Assembly (NCBI GenBank): GCA_023231475.1 | Contig: JALJEE010000759.1 | Span: 1 to 64,000 of the forward strand | Length of the DNA stretch: 64,000 nucleotides | From: Seison nebaliae | Lineage: Eukaryota | Reading direction: 5' to 3' | Made by a program: the position numbers and the translations under genes | Part shown: positions 37,611-50,843 of the stretch, piece after piece | How positions within the stretch are numbered: the stretch's first letter is position 1 | Layout of the letters: each line of letters opens with the position of its first letter | The notes under the pieces: model-generated | What the model saw: only the letters and a program-made list of their open reading frames with translations | Databases searched by the model: none | What the model was told of the DNA's origin: nothing

Positions 37611-40313
37611 TTAAGATTCTTTTTGTAATTTCCAAATATATGAGGAACGATCAGCACTTGATGAAATAAACATCGAATGGAATGGATGCCATTCCACACA
37701 AAGTGCTTTATCTGAATGTTCGGCGATTTGATAGGAATGAAAAGTTTCATTAATCGAACTGAGATCTGTTAACATAATCCGATAATCATATGATGCTGAT
37801 AACAGGAAATTTTCAGGAATTTTCCTTGACGATATCGATGTTGATGATGAAAGGAAATCGAACGATTTAATATCATTCGTATGAATATTATTCATATCAT
37901 TCACTACTCTTTGTGATCGATCATCAAATATGGTGATACGACCATCACCATATCCAGTGACGATCCGATTAGGTTGTAACGGTGCCACTCGAACATTTGT
38001 CGCTGCTATCACTTTCTTTTCTTTCGATATTGATAATTGATTTCTTATTATCGATGTGGATTCAGGAAGACGTGTATCCCATAGCCGAACATTACCATCT
38101 TGTGATGCTGTGGCGAAATGTGTCCCATCCCATGAATGAACTGAAAGAATCATATCGGAATGACCTCGAAAAATTTTGACCTGAAAAAAATTTGAAGAAA
38201 TAAAAATAAAGAAAAAATTTGGAAAACTTTTTTTTGTGATTGAATATCTATCAAATTAATGATACGATCACCACCGACTGATAAAAGAGAATACGATTTA
38301 GGTATAAAGCAAATGTCACGAATAGTTCCTTCGTGAAAAGCGAATTGATTTGTTATATCTAAATAATATAATTTAATTAAAATCAATTGATAAAATAGAA
38401 AGAAAACGATTGTTGATGTCGATCGATGAATTTTTATCATTGAAACGGATAATCTTTATCAATTTATCATTAGATCCCGTCGCTAATACATAACCATCGG
38501 AAATGGCAGGTGAACACCATGCCATAGTATATAATGAACCATCATGATAAGAGTCTTTTGTATAAATAACTTGACAATTTAATGAGCTAAAAAAAATAAA
38601 ATAAAATGAGAAAAATGAGAGAAATATGAACTCGTCAGAATCGACTTGATTGAAATCGTCTTCGTTTAATTGACATATTCGTAAAAGTTTTGAATTAGAT
38701 CCAATTGCATAATATTTACCAGATGGATGGAATTTAGCACAACGTATTGCTTGCATATCTTTACAATGATAGAGATGGTGAAATAATGGAGGTTTATTAT
38801 CAGACCATTGGTTATCACTTTTCTTAACATTATTCTCGTCATGTTGTTTCCTTAACGATTGATTGACTGAAGAGAAATAACTTGTGAATTTTTCGTGTAA
38901 ATATTCACGATCTGGTCTCTTCTCTTCAATAGGCATTGCTACTGCATCAGTCGTCGCTGATATTGACATCATCGATGATGCGAGAGAAATACTTTCAATA
39001 ATTTGTTGTTGTTGTTGTTGTTGGTCAGATATTTGTATGTCTGCCGTTGATTCGTCGACACAAAATATTTCATTTTGTTTTTGTTCAATTGACATATTAG
39101 TTTTTGGTTCATTCGTATAAATTTGAGAGGTTGTCACATTCTTTCCATATCGATTCCGATCGTTCAATGAAGAATGTAATGATTTCTCCATCATACCAAT
39201 CATTAATGATCTGGATAATGCACCAGCGGCAGGATTCCGATTTGAGTCATTAATATTTCGATCTGGCAATAAAAGTGACGATGTGGTATCGATGAATTCA
39301 TCATATTTAATTGTTGGTGTGGCGTTATAAGGGAAGACGTGTGGTTTCCAATGCACTTGAATATTGTTTATTGAGGGCACTAACTGTCCACTCCAAATTG
39401 CATCATATGAAGGTAATTGATGACGTTTATATTTCATATTTAATCGTCTTTCTTCAAACGGTGTCTTCGATAGAACATTGGCTGGTATGGCGAATAACCA
39501 TGATAAGAGAAATGCGTCCGAATTCGATAATTGTGTGTCTAATGAATTGAGAGGGAGGAAGTTGTTGCAAATAATTTGATTATTATTGTGGCTCTTCGTC
39601 AATTGGTAGCCCATTGTGTTATTATTATTGAGATTGATAGACTGAGCGCGTGTAGCACAAAGATCAACACATTTCTCAAACAACATGCCCTTCGCCAACA
39701 GTTGTAGTAGTCGATCATTCGCACTTTGTCTCTTAGTCTCCATATCGTTCTTATCCAATAAGAGACGAATCATCGGATAAATTTCTTTGAAGCATTTCAC
39801 TCGATTCGAACTGGGACTCCAATTTTTAAAATTCTCGTCATCTGACAAATTGTCGATTGTCAATAATAAACACAATCGCTTATATTCATCGATGGAAGGA
39901 CAATAAGGCTTGAGTTGATGTTTGAGGAAATCGGCAATTTCAATATGATCCGTTTCGCTACTAACACTTTCATTCCGAACACATAAATATTCGTAAAATT
40001 GAAATTTTAGAATGGTAAAAACAAATAAAGAATAATCGAAAGTTTGCACTTCTTTCAATGGTTCAATGAATTCCATAACATCTTCCCAGCACCCATCAAA
40101 TATTAGTTGGCGGAGAAAGATGATATCTTCACTATAATCCCCATTGATTAGTCCTAGATAGATGATAAGAATTATAAGGAAAATTCTAAAAGACTAACCA
40201 GTTTCTTTCTCTAAATTAAGCGCGCTAATATACAGTTGACGATTATGGAGATATTCTAGAATAACTTTCACTATGTCTTTCTCATCAACACAAATATCAA
40301 CAGTTGCTTCCAT
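37611..40313 (-). CDS. WDR47: WD repeat protein 47 (LisH/CTLH + WD40), 5 exons, ~838 aa
   Basis: The N-terminus EKDIVKVILEYLHNRQLYISALNLEKETGLING...FLRQLIFDGCWEDVMEFIEPL and the WD40 motifs QAIRCAKFHPSGKYYAIGSNSK and ATGSNDK match WDR47. Introns 40154-40198, 38587-38631, 38359-38407 and 38181-38227. Confidence 0.93.
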
Positions 40314-40754
40314 TTTGCTCGATGTGAGAAATAATATTTAATGGCACCGCACACCAGGTGCTGGAATTGTAGTTAATTTAATTATATTTATATACAACTA
40401 CCAAATCCCACTGTTGTTGTTGTTCGATTTGAAGAGAGAAGAAGCTTCTTATTTTATAAGTTTCAATTGCAATCGAATAAATTATATCAGTTACCTATAA
40501 CATTATATGCACCATCAATAATTATCATCAACATTCTCATCAATATCGTATTGCGTTAAACACAAAATTAATGCACTAATATGTAAAGAGAGTGAAGGGG
40601 AAAGTGAAGATGAAAGAAAATAACAGATAAAATATATCGTTCATTTATAAAGTAACAATTAAGAAATCGACGATTATTCCACAGACATTCTACGAACAAT
40701 TCTTTACCCCAAATCAATAAAATGGAATAGAAGAAATATCAGAAAAACAAATAG

Positions 40755-41299
40755 ATGAAGAATTTATGGTATTTCTTTTTCGTTAATCTCATCATACACC
40801 ATTCTTATGGAATCGATTATAATGAATGGAAACCGTTAGAACGGTGTATCGTTAAATCAGAAAGATCACGTCAGTGTGTAGGCGGCAATTGTATTGGTGA
40901 TGGAATTGAAAAGAAGACGGATTTATATGATAATTGTCCAATAAGTTCTCGTTTTCTTCACATTTCTATTCTCATCTCAATTTCAGTGAGTCAGGAAGAA
41001 CAAGATGAATTGAAGAGACGTCAACAGAATAAGTTTAACAAGGAAAATCGGGGACAGTTGCAACTACAACAAGAAAAGTTGAAGAAATTTGAAGTTTTTT
41101 TTTATTTAAACTCTTTTTTCCATTTCCCTTCAATTTGTACATGTAGGAAGATTATGAAGCAGCTATACGTAGTAGTACTGGTATGGCTTACATGGCCTTT
41201 ACTTTTCTCACAATTCTCTTCATCTTACCGATGATAGCTGATAGTAATCGTTGCATATTGACTTGTAAATCATTCTTCCGACTTTTCACCCGAGAGTGA
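40755..41299 (+). CDS. Small secreted or membrane-anchored protein with a TSP1-like module, 3 exons, ~149 aa
   Basis: Signal peptide; YNEWKPLERC...RSRQCVGGNCIG...C; Q/E/K coiled stretch; C-terminal hydrophobic segment. Introns 40945-40986 and 41094-41146. Confidence 0.6.
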
Positions 41300-42578
41300 G
41301 AGGATCGAGATCTTTCGAACTCCAAATCTCCAAATTTCTTATCAGTTGTTTCTTCTTCTTGTGTGATTCTCTCGTTAAGATCAACATAAGAATGAGTATT
41401 ATAATGAAAAGTGCAGTGATGGTAATTACAAAATATTTCCTCAAATTAAATATTACCGTTTTTCGATTATTTGAAATTATTGACCTGTTCTCCATGAACC
41501 TTACTAGAAATTTTCGTTTAATAAATTGGACTAAGGAAGGAAACTTGGTGGATTGGTATAATATTTTATCTCAGATAAATTTCTAGATATCGAATTATTC
41601 ACATTCTGCAAATTCTCTTGAATATGTTTCAATAAATTCTCGTTCTTCTCTATTATACTCTTCTCTAGTTTATCATTTCTGATCTCGTACAATTTCAACT
41701 TTCCACCATATTCAATTATCAATTTTTTCTTATTATTTCTATAGAATTTTCGAAGAATTGTAATGAATGAATTCGACTCATTTAATTCATAACCATCATC
41801 ACCATAACTTTTCCTAATCTAATTCGTTTAATCAATAAATTCAAATGAAACTTTTAAAACCATTTCAATTATTCCCTTATCAGATAAGTTCGTTTTAGTT
41901 GTCGTAAAATTATCAGTAACTTTCAATACGTCCGATTTACTCTTGTCCAATATTCTGATATTTATCGGTTTCGAATAATTTTCTTGACATAACATTATAT
42001 ATCGATAGTTTAATTGTCTTAAATCGACGAGATCTTTCCTAATTATATTTTCAATGAACGGTTGATTCCATTCATCGAGGAATATAAATCGAATAATTGT
42101 CAATTGTTTACAACGGATTGGTGAGTGGAAAATTTCGATATTTCCTTTATTTATAATAATTTTATTAATCGTTCTAATTTTATTAAAAGTTTAAATGAAT
42201 TATATTAATTAAAATTAACTGGTTACCACAATCAATAATTGGAGAGTTAAATGATGGTTGTCGACCATCAATAAAACGGGAAGGAATCGTTTCATCAATT
42301 AAATAACTACCTCCTCTCCGGAGACTTCTCCACATTTTTAGTGTAAAATTACTGTGTATATTCCCTTCATTTTCTCCACTTTCATAACATCTGATGGATA
42401 TTCGCGAATTATCGATAGGCGGATCGATAATATCTAATTGAAATGATAATTTGGAAAATTTAATTTCTTTAACTAACAAACTGCTTGGAGAAAAGTTTTC
42501 ACTAAAATTAGTAAATGAATTAAAGAATTTCTCATGTGAAATTGCTAATTGAAATGAAACAGGAAAATAATTTTGCAA
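41286..42578 (-). CDS. Orphan multi-exon protein with a C-terminal transmembrane helix; 5' end unresolved
   Basis: Track ORFs 42183-42578, 41828-42103, 41531-41722 and 41286-41495 join in frame through short introns. TM segment YFVITITALFIIILILMLIL is followed by a basic tail. Confidence 0.5.
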
Positions 42579-42944
42579 AATTAATTTTGTTTCATAAAAT
42601 ATGAATCGTCTCTACATCTATTCTCCATTTTCCTAACATCATATTATCTTCATCTTTCTCAAAGCATTCACTCATTGTGAGTTGGATTGAAATATAATTC
42701 TTATGAATAATTTGACGACCTAATTATCCTTCGAAATCGCATTCTTATTCATGAAATGATCTGATGATGGTGATATCATATGATGTATTTTAATCCAAAA
42801 ATTGTGTATCTGATTGTGACGAAAGTTAATGAGATTCATCGTCTTCAAGTGAAGGTTTCCTTTTTTTTCCAAATTGATGTCTAATAATATTGTATCGAAA
42901 GACTTTACAACAATTTTAGTCTGACGAGAATATCCTGAAAGAAA

Positions 42945-43648
42945 ATGAAAAATTGGAAAAAAGGATTTGAAACAATTAATTTAAAGTTAATTTTCTTTAT
43001 TAATTTATTTTTAATTTCCAATTTAATTTTGATTTTCACTTTTATTTAATTTTAATTTTTACTTTAACTTTGTTAGTTCAGAGAACATCAAGAAAAAAGT
43101 GCCTGCCAAATCACTTCAATATATTTCCATTAGTCTAACCGTTTTAATCATTTTGTCTTTAATCGGTGGAATTATTGGACTAACCCTAACAAGTTAAGAT
43201 TTTAAAAGATTTAAATAAACTAATCATATATTAAACAGAAAAAGGAAATCAATCGAATGAAAATTTAATTGAGAAAAATTTATTCACCTCAACCGATTCA
43301 TCTATTATCATGACAACCTTATTGAAATATATCACAAATAAACCATTCATTCAACATAAAGAGGAAGATCGTGAAATTATTCCTGAGGAAATAATTCAAG
43401 ATCGTTTGGTGACCGAACAGAAATATATGGAACATTTACGTACATATTCGGAAGAAGATTTAGTTGGAAAGCCAAATGATCTTTTGGGAAATTTGCCTGA
43501 TATCGATGCATTGGAAAAACTGTATTCGAAAGAGGAGACGGTTGTGGAAAGGAAAGATAACAATGAAACGGATCCACTTTATGTTGATAATACGAACGGT
43601 GAATCGAATGGACGATTATTTGATAATTCTAAATGGATAGTTGCTTAA
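42945..43648 (+). CDS. Orphan type II single-pass membrane protein, 3 exons, ~188 aa
   Basis: Reads MKNWKKGFETINLN|SENIKKKV...ISISLTVLIILSLIGGIIGLTLT, then an acidic ectodomain (track ORF 43310-43648). Introns 42986-43076 and 43193-43238. Confidence 0.6.
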
Positions 43649-43903
43649 ATTGAATAATTTAGATTTGGAAGAAACTTATTATTTTACGAGTTCAACTCCA
43701 CTTTAAAGCTAACTCGACTATATATCATTTTATCGAAGTAATTTATTAGAATAATAAAACAAATAATATTCAACTTCGTTCAACATGTTTATATTGATGA
43801 TTGAAAATAGAATATAATAATATATAACATAATAATATATATAATATATAAATAATATAAAATTTAATAAAAATTAAACTTGGAATTTTCGTTATTAGAA
43901 CTT

Positions 43904-44024
43904 ACACGTCATCTTTTTAGCCAGTCATCTTTACACACGTCATTTTCATATATTGGAAGTACACGTCATATCCCCCATCATCTTTCTATTGTAATTACAC
44001 GTCACGTTTAGTTTCATATAAAAA
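43904..44024 (+). promoter_or_regulatory. Homotypic cluster of four ACACGTCA (CRE/UPRE-like bZIP) sites followed by a TATA box
   Basis: ACACGTCA at 43904, 43935, 43961 and 43997; TATAAAAA at 44017-44024. Confidence 0.55.
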
Positions 44025-44738
44025 GAATTAAAACTGTTCGATAAAGAGTTAGAAGAAGAATGAAATAGTTTTAGAAAAAATATTTTACTGTTAATTATTC
44101 GCGACAGTTGGCAAACTAATTGCTGGACAAGATGATACTTTTATTTAATCGATCGTTAGGTCCGAAGCAATCGAAGAATTACCATGGTAAGCATTGAAGG
44201 AACGAAATTGAAACGATTGCTCCATTTATATTCGAATGATTACTTCTGGAAAGAAACTGAAACGATTAATTAACGAGTTCAACAACAAAATTCCAATTCG
44301 TTACTGATAATACACTTGTCAATATTTTATGTTTAATCATGATCATCATTATGTTTATTAATTTTCAATTTTATTTCATCATTCATAAGAAAATAAATCT
44401 TTCTAAAATACTCATTTTATATTCCATCAACATATTCGAATTTATCATTAACACTTATACTATTAATATATATTACATCAATTATTAATTCAATGTGAAT
44501 AATAATTCACATTTTCAATAAATTAATAAATTTATTTCAGTTCTTAAAATTTTAAAAGAAAAATATTTCAATTACATATCAAATGGAATAATATTTCTTA
44601 ATAATTTAACAGTTTTGCTTTTTTAGATGTCAATACTATTTTTTTGAACTATTAGAATTTAAGGAATATAAATATATATTTTTAAATTGTAAGTTTATAA
44701 ACAAAAGAAAAATATATTTGAATAGATAACACGTGAAA

Positions 44739-47111
44739 ATGGTTCGGAAAAGTTTAACGAAACAACAGAATAAGGTGCATAAAACGGGGAAGCATCGATC
44801 AAAAGGAACATTGATAAAGAATAGTGGTGGGAAGGTGGTCATAAGGAAATTGAAAGATTTGAGAAAAGAATTGAATGTTGGAGTTAAAGTGAAAAGTGGA
44901 TTATCAAAGATAGATCGAAAAAATCGTTCGAAGCAAATCGTTCGGAATCAGATCGATATTAATCGATTTGGATCAATTCATTCAATTCCATTGATGATTG
45001 GAGTGATTCATCCCAATGGAAATGAAGAGAATTTCCTTCGTCTAATCGACTTGTTCCAACAAGCAGAATTGAAAGATGATGTTGAAGTGAAGAAGATTTC
45101 TGATAATAATTTTTATTTAAAATTAAAAAAATTAAAGAAACATTTCAATTTTATTTCTATATCATCAAACGATTCCACTCGTCTCGATTTGATGAATGAT
45201 CTCTATTTATATGATGGATTAGTGATGTTGTGGGAGGATTTGATAGAATCGAAACGAATGGAAATTGGAGATGAATATGAGAATTTATTGAAAAAAGAAT
45301 CGGAATATTTATTCAATCAATTCTTCAAAACTTCTTTACCTAAAGAAATCATATCGATTCTCTTACCAAATCCATCAGATTCACAATTGATTGATGAAAT
45401 TAAACAATTTTTCAAACGGAAATGTGTCAAATCTAATTTGTATCCGATGAACAATTCAAACGATTTTTCCATTCTCTTATTTAAATTATCTAAATTAACT
45501 TTTTCATCTCAATCTTCTTTTATGAAGAATCGTCATGGAATAATCATTGATAATATCGATTGGAATCATAATGAATTATTATTATCTGGATATGTGAAAG
45601 GAAATCGAAATATGAATATCAATTGTGTCTATCATAATTCCATCATTGGTGATGTACAATTAGAGAGTGTAGAAATGATGAACGATGAAATGAATGAGAT
45701 AATTCATCCAACTGATCGACATGATATCGTTTGTTTGAATATACCCAGTATGTGGGATCAAGGTGAACAAACATGGCCAACGAAAGAAGAATTGGAAGCA
45801 GTCGAACATCAGACGGAGAAGAAAAAAGTTCGAAATGGAATGAGTGAATATCAAGCAGCATGGATCATTGATGACGATGATGATGATGATGATGACGAAA
45901 ATGAAGAAGATGAAAATGAGAAATTAATTGGTGATGAAAAAATGGAAATTGAGACAAATGATGATAAAGAAGAATCGAATGATGTCAATATGAAAAATCG
46001 GAATTTATCTGAATCAATTCCTGATGAAATGGATGAGATAGAAGTGATTGAAGAGATTCGTAAGAGAAAAGATTATTTATCATTTCCAGATGAAATCGAT
46101 ACACCTCTCAATATACCGGCAAGATTGAGATTTCAAAAATTTCGAGGACTGGAAAGTTTAAGAACGTCACCATGGGATCCGAAAGAAAATCTTCCTGAAG
46201 ATTATAGTTCCATTTTTCAATTTAAGAATTTCAATCATTCGAGGAAAGTGGCGATGAATGAAGAGACACAAATCGATAACGGAACTTTCATTCGACTTCA
46301 TATTTCAGATGAATCGAAACAATTATTCGATGATTTGATGAAGAATTATGGAGTAAATGGAAGTGAATCATCATTAGAACGACCATTCACTCTCTTTCCA
46401 TTATTTCGACATGAAACAAAACTCAGTTTGCACAATATTCGATTATTCCGTAACGATTTTTATGACGGTATTATTAAGAGTAAAGAAAAACTCATTTTCT
46501 CCATCGGATCTCGAACATTCGAAGTTGCACCGATTTATTCGGAAGATAGCGATGGAAAAAAACATCGGATGTTAAAGACGTTCGAAAAGAATACGTCAGT
46601 CATCGCTACTTTCTACGCTCCCATTTCATTCTCAACGTCAGCCGTCTACGTCCATAAACGATTGACATCCGGTCAAATTATTCCGGTTGCTGATGGTCAA
46701 TTATTATCGATTGATCCAGATCGGATTATTCTCAAACGATATATTCTCAGTGGTCATCCTTATAAGATCCAGAAACATGGTGCCGTTATTCGATTCATGT
46801 TCTTCACTCGAGGTTTCTAGAATTTTTATAAATTAAAATTTTTCTAAATTTCATTTACAAACTTTCCAAAATTTTTTTCATTTTTCAAAAATTTAATTTT
46901 ATATTTTCCAGATGATGTTTTGTGGTTTAAACCGATAAAACTAAGAACGAAATGGGGACGACATGGTTATATCAAGGAACCATTGGGTACTCATGGATAT
47001 ATGAAATGTGAATTTGATGGACAATTGAAATCGCAGGATACAATTCTATTGAATCTGTACAAGAGAGTCTTCCCCAAAATGTCTTATGTAGAAAGACGAG
47101 GATTATTGTAA
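44739..47111 (+). CDS. TSR1: Pre-rRNA-processing protein TSR1, 2 exons, ~757 aa
   Basis: Contains NKVHKTGKHRSKG, EQTWPTKEEL, FPDEIDTP...ARLRFQKFRGLESLRTSPWDPKENLP and GRHGYIKEPLGTHGYMKC. Intron 46813-46911. Confidence 0.96.
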
Positions 47112-47322
47112 GAAGAAATTTTATATTTGTATAGATCGAATTTTTTGTTTTTACGATGATGATTTATTTATGAATAAAATTGTTGATGAAAATAAAAATT
47201 TATTAGAATAAATTTTGGTTAAAGTTAGAGAATTGATTTATTGAAAATTGATTTGTTGAACAATGAATAAAAGGAAAATTGTAAGATAAAAGGAAATAAA
47301 TTATATTTCGTTTCCTTCAAAA

Positions 47323-50300
47323 ATGATACCAATTGTTGAAAAGGAATCGAATGAGGAGATGAGACGTGGAATATCGAGGGAAGTGTGTCGATGGATAGTG
47401 AACGGTTTCCTCATCGATCCATTCATCGACGATCAATATGGAATGATGGGAATGATTTCTATGAAATCCCATCGGTCAAATTATTTAATAAATAGCGATT
47501 ATGTGGGAGAAGGTTTGAGAGATGATCAGACAAATGTTCTCGGATTAATTTCATTAAGAAATCGACGATTTATTCCATTAATTGATAATGATGTGAGTGG
47601 AGCGGAGCAGGTAAACTCATGTGATCGTTTAACATTGAAAGGATTAATGAATGAATATGAACCGATTTTATCGACCAATCCACTTTACAATTTGACCTTC
47701 TCTACAATGCTCATTTTTCAGAACCATTTCTTATCATTTCTCATACCATCCGAATCAATTGATGAAAATGAAATAAGAAATTTTAGAGAACGATTCTCAC
47801 AATTCTCTCGTTTAAGCGACGAGATTTCTTATTATTCTTCTTTATATCAAATTCCGATGTTGCCATACGATATCTCATCCAAATTCCAATTGCATGCATT
47901 CCCAGCACTCTCATCTTATGACATGTTGAAATTATTGGAGAAGATTCCTTTCTCTCAAAACGATTCAGAGACACCTCTCACCAATCTCATTCCATCGCTT
48001 ATCCTTTTACAGACGATGTTGAATATCTGGTTGGAATTGGGAATAGAATCGGCGGAGAAATATGTTAATTATCTTCCCATTAACAAGGAAGGATTGGAAA
48101 GGAAGAAAGAAGCAAATCCTTCAATTCACATCATTCCAGCAATGAACAGTAATTTGGCGGAATTAATTTGGTGGGGAAAGAAATTGGCAGGTCACTACGG
48201 AATTATACAGTTGCCAGATATCCAGTTCATTAGTGGAACATCAGCCAATGTTGATTATTGTGTAAGAGTTTTACATTCGTTACACGATGGAACTCGCAGA
48301 CACTTACCGCCAAATATCCAAATGAGAAATGAACATCTTTTCCTCATTTCCACTTCCAACAACTACTTCGAACAATCGTCTGTTGATGAAACTTCATCCG
48401 ATTCATCAATCCCATCGTCAACTTCTCCCAATTCGAATTATTCGGAATTATTATGGGAAAATTCAAAAACCACTCATGAACAAACTCATCAAGATGATAA
48501 TGGAACTTATTTAATTATTAATGATAAACATGGAATCAAAAATGGTTTAAATTTTGTCATGTTACCAACAAAGGATTTGAGTAATATTATTGAAAATAAT
48601 TTTGATGAAACAAATGATAATTCCAGTCAGACCGGTAATAATATTAATGAAAATATGCACGACTGTAATAATTGGGAAGTGAAAGAAAATATTTTGAACC
48701 AACTGAAAAATAATGATGATGTTGAGGACGATATGGAAAATGATAATTTCGAAAAAGAATTTCGAATTCCATTAACTAAAGATGAAGAGGAGAAGAAGAA
48801 GAAGAAGAAGAAGAAGAATATTTATTATAATTCTTATAATAATTCTTATGAAATCGTTGATGGAATTGATGGGGAAAGAACAAGGAATGGCTGGTCGACT
48901 GATGATTATCGTTGTGATTTGAATGAAGATCTGAGGAGAAGATTAATTGACTTTTATCATAATAAAAATTTCGACAATTTATCTTCTCTAACTCAGCAAT
49001 TCCAATTAGTAGAACAGAATCTCTTACAACTCAATCAAATGGAAAACAACAACAATGATCTCAGTTTCCTGATGAATCATAATGGAGATCTGATTGACGA
49101 GGGTGGCACCGAACAAATGTTGGATAATATATGGGAACAGGAAGATAATAATAATTCACTTTTAGTTAATGTTGATAATTTATTAGAAATAGCGAACCGA
49201 TATCAGATCCAGTTATCGAAACAATACACTTTGTTGAAGAATTTGCGTATCGTTTCACAAGAGAATAATGATGATTTGAGAAGGAAGGCAATTCTCATTA
49301 ATATAAATTCGATGCGAATTCGATTCGCTTGTCTCATGAGCGAATGTGTCCGACTCTTACAAGAAATTACTTTGACAATCGAAAGTAAACGATATTCATC
49401 GTCACCCAATCGATCGTCATCGGAAATCTCATTCTCATCATATTCATCTTCCAATTCCTTCCGAGAGAATACTCTAAACAATAATTCGCGATTATATAAT
49501 ATGGACATTCCCCACTCATCATCTGACGACATTGAAAGTGATGATAGTAGAATGTCGAGATCTAGCGGTTCTGAAGAAACAAATTATGATGATGAACCTT
49601 CGACGATGACGAATAGAAATAAGAACAACAACAATAACAATTCAATCGATAATTATTCTCACGCACATTCGTCAACTTCCAACGACGACGATGATGCCGA
49701 TGATTTTTATTATTATTATGATGACGACGACGGTGAAGTAAGTAAAAAACAAATTCATCAAATGACTAAATGTTCGTTATTGAGAGCGGAAGTTATCGAT
49801 CGAAACAATAATAATGAACGACAATTATATGAAATGGACATGAATGAACAGTCTCGACATGATATAGATTCCAGTAGTTTTGTTGACAAAATGGAATTTG
49901 GTGACGAATCAAATACAATTTCTGGGTTTAAAGATCAATTACTACATTGTCCATCTGAAAATCATTCTATTTCAACCTTCTCTTGCGGATCAAGTAGTAT
50001 GGTGAGAAGGACGATATCATTAACGAACTCTTCATTCTCCTCTCGTCACAGTTTCTTTGACGACACAGACAAAAGCGATAATGATGATGGCTGGATGGTA
50101 AGTAGAAACGGAGAAAGAAAAGCACTCGAAAATCAATTTTATTTAGAAGATAAATTTTACAATTTTTATAGTGACGAGGAAGAAGTGAATTGTAATGAAG
50201 ATTGGAATAATTGGAGGAATAATGAAATTGAGGAATTGATTGATGAAGATGTGAAGGAAGATGAGGAAGAAGAAGAAGAAGAAGAAGATGATGATTATAA

Positions 50301-50346
50301 TAATTATTGGAATATTGACGATAATGATAAAGAAGAAGATGGATAA
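47323..50346 (+). CDS. Intronless 1007-aa protein of unknown function
   Basis: A 3-kb ORF with an ordered N-terminal ~340 aa, a central helical/coiled segment, and N/S/D/E-rich disordered regions. Confidence 0.75.
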   Translation: MIPIVEKESNEEMRRGISREVCRWIVNGFLIDPFIDDQYGMMGMISMKSHRSNYLINSDYVGEGLRDDQTNVLGLISLRNRRFIPLIDNDVSGAEQVNSCDRLTLKGLMNEYEPILSTNPLYNLTFSTMLIFQNHFLSFLIPSESIDENEIRNFRERFSQFSRLSDEISYYSSLYQIPMLPYDISSKFQLHAFPALSSYDMLKLLEKIPFSQNDSETPLTNLIPSLILLQTMLNIWLELGIESAEKYVNYLPINKEGLERKKEANPSIHIIPAMNSNLAELIWWGKKLAGHYGIIQLPDIQFISGTSANVDYCVRVLHSLHDGTRRHLPPNIQMRNEHLFLISTSNNYFEQSSVDETSSDSSIPSSTSPNSNYSELLWENSKTTHEQTHQDDNGTYLIINDKHGIKNGLNFVMLPTKDLSNIIENNFDETNDNSSQTGNNINENMHDCNNWEVKENILNQLKNNDDVEDDMENDNFEKEFRIPLTKDEEEKKKKKKKKNIYYNSYNNSYEIVDGIDGERTRNGWSTDDYRCDLNEDLRRRLIDFYHNKNFDNLSSLTQQFQLVEQNLLQLNQMENNNNDLSFLMNHNGDLIDEGGTEQMLDNIWEQEDNNNSLLVNVDNLLEIANRYQIQLSKQYTLLKNLRIVSQENNDDLRRKAILININSMRIRFACLMSECVRLLQEITLTIESKRYSSSPNRSSSEISFSSYSSSNSFRENTLNNNSRLYNMDIPHSSSDDIESDDSRMSRSSGSEETNYDDEPSTMTNRNKNNNNNNSIDNYSHAHSSTSNDDDDADDFYYYYDDDDGEVSKKQIHQMTKCSLLRAEVIDRNNNNERQLYEMDMNEQSRHDIDSSSFVDKMEFGDESNTISGFKDQLLHCPSENHSISTFSCGSSSMVRRTISLTNSSFSSRHSFFDDTDKSDNDDGWMVSRNGERKALENQFYLEDKFYNFYSDEEEVNCNEDWNNWRNNEIEELIDEDVKEDEEEEEEEEDDDYNNYWNIDDNDKEEDG

Positions 50347-50790
50347 ATATTAGTTAATTTAGATGGATTTGACTAGAATTAAAGGGTGAAAGGTGGAAAG
50401 ATGGAAGGAGGGATGATATTAATCATATTAATATGTTAATGAAGAAATTTTATTTTATACATTTTATATGATTCTCTCTAATTGTCTTCCACCAGAACAC
50501 AATAGATCTAGATAAAATTTTATTAATAAAGAACTTTCTTTCCGACATCAGTTTCTCCTTCCAAATCATCCTCATTTCTGAAACGAATATTATTGCTCTT
50601 ATTTCTCAGACAATCACAATACATTTCTTAATGTGACTACGAGGAGATAGATGAATATGTTAACATTTGGTATTATGTTATTCTTATTTCAGCATTATTC
50701 CAATTCCGCTTCAAACATATATTATTCTTACTCTCTGAGCATGGACAGTCAGTCGAAAGAGAAGTTTTATATTTCCTCTGAAATTAAAGG

Positions 50791-50843
50791 TGACGACGAC
50801 GACGACGACGACGACGATGATGATGATGATAGTGATGATGATG
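50791..50843. repeat. (GAC)n(GAT)n trinucleotide microsatellite
   Basis: tgacgacgac...gatgatgat run. Confidence 0.8.

Noticed and set aside
44060..44275. TGA-readthrough or selenoprotein reading of the small frame after the TATA
   Set aside because: No recognisable selenoprotein motif or SECIS; multiple TGAs are expected in AT-rich DNA.
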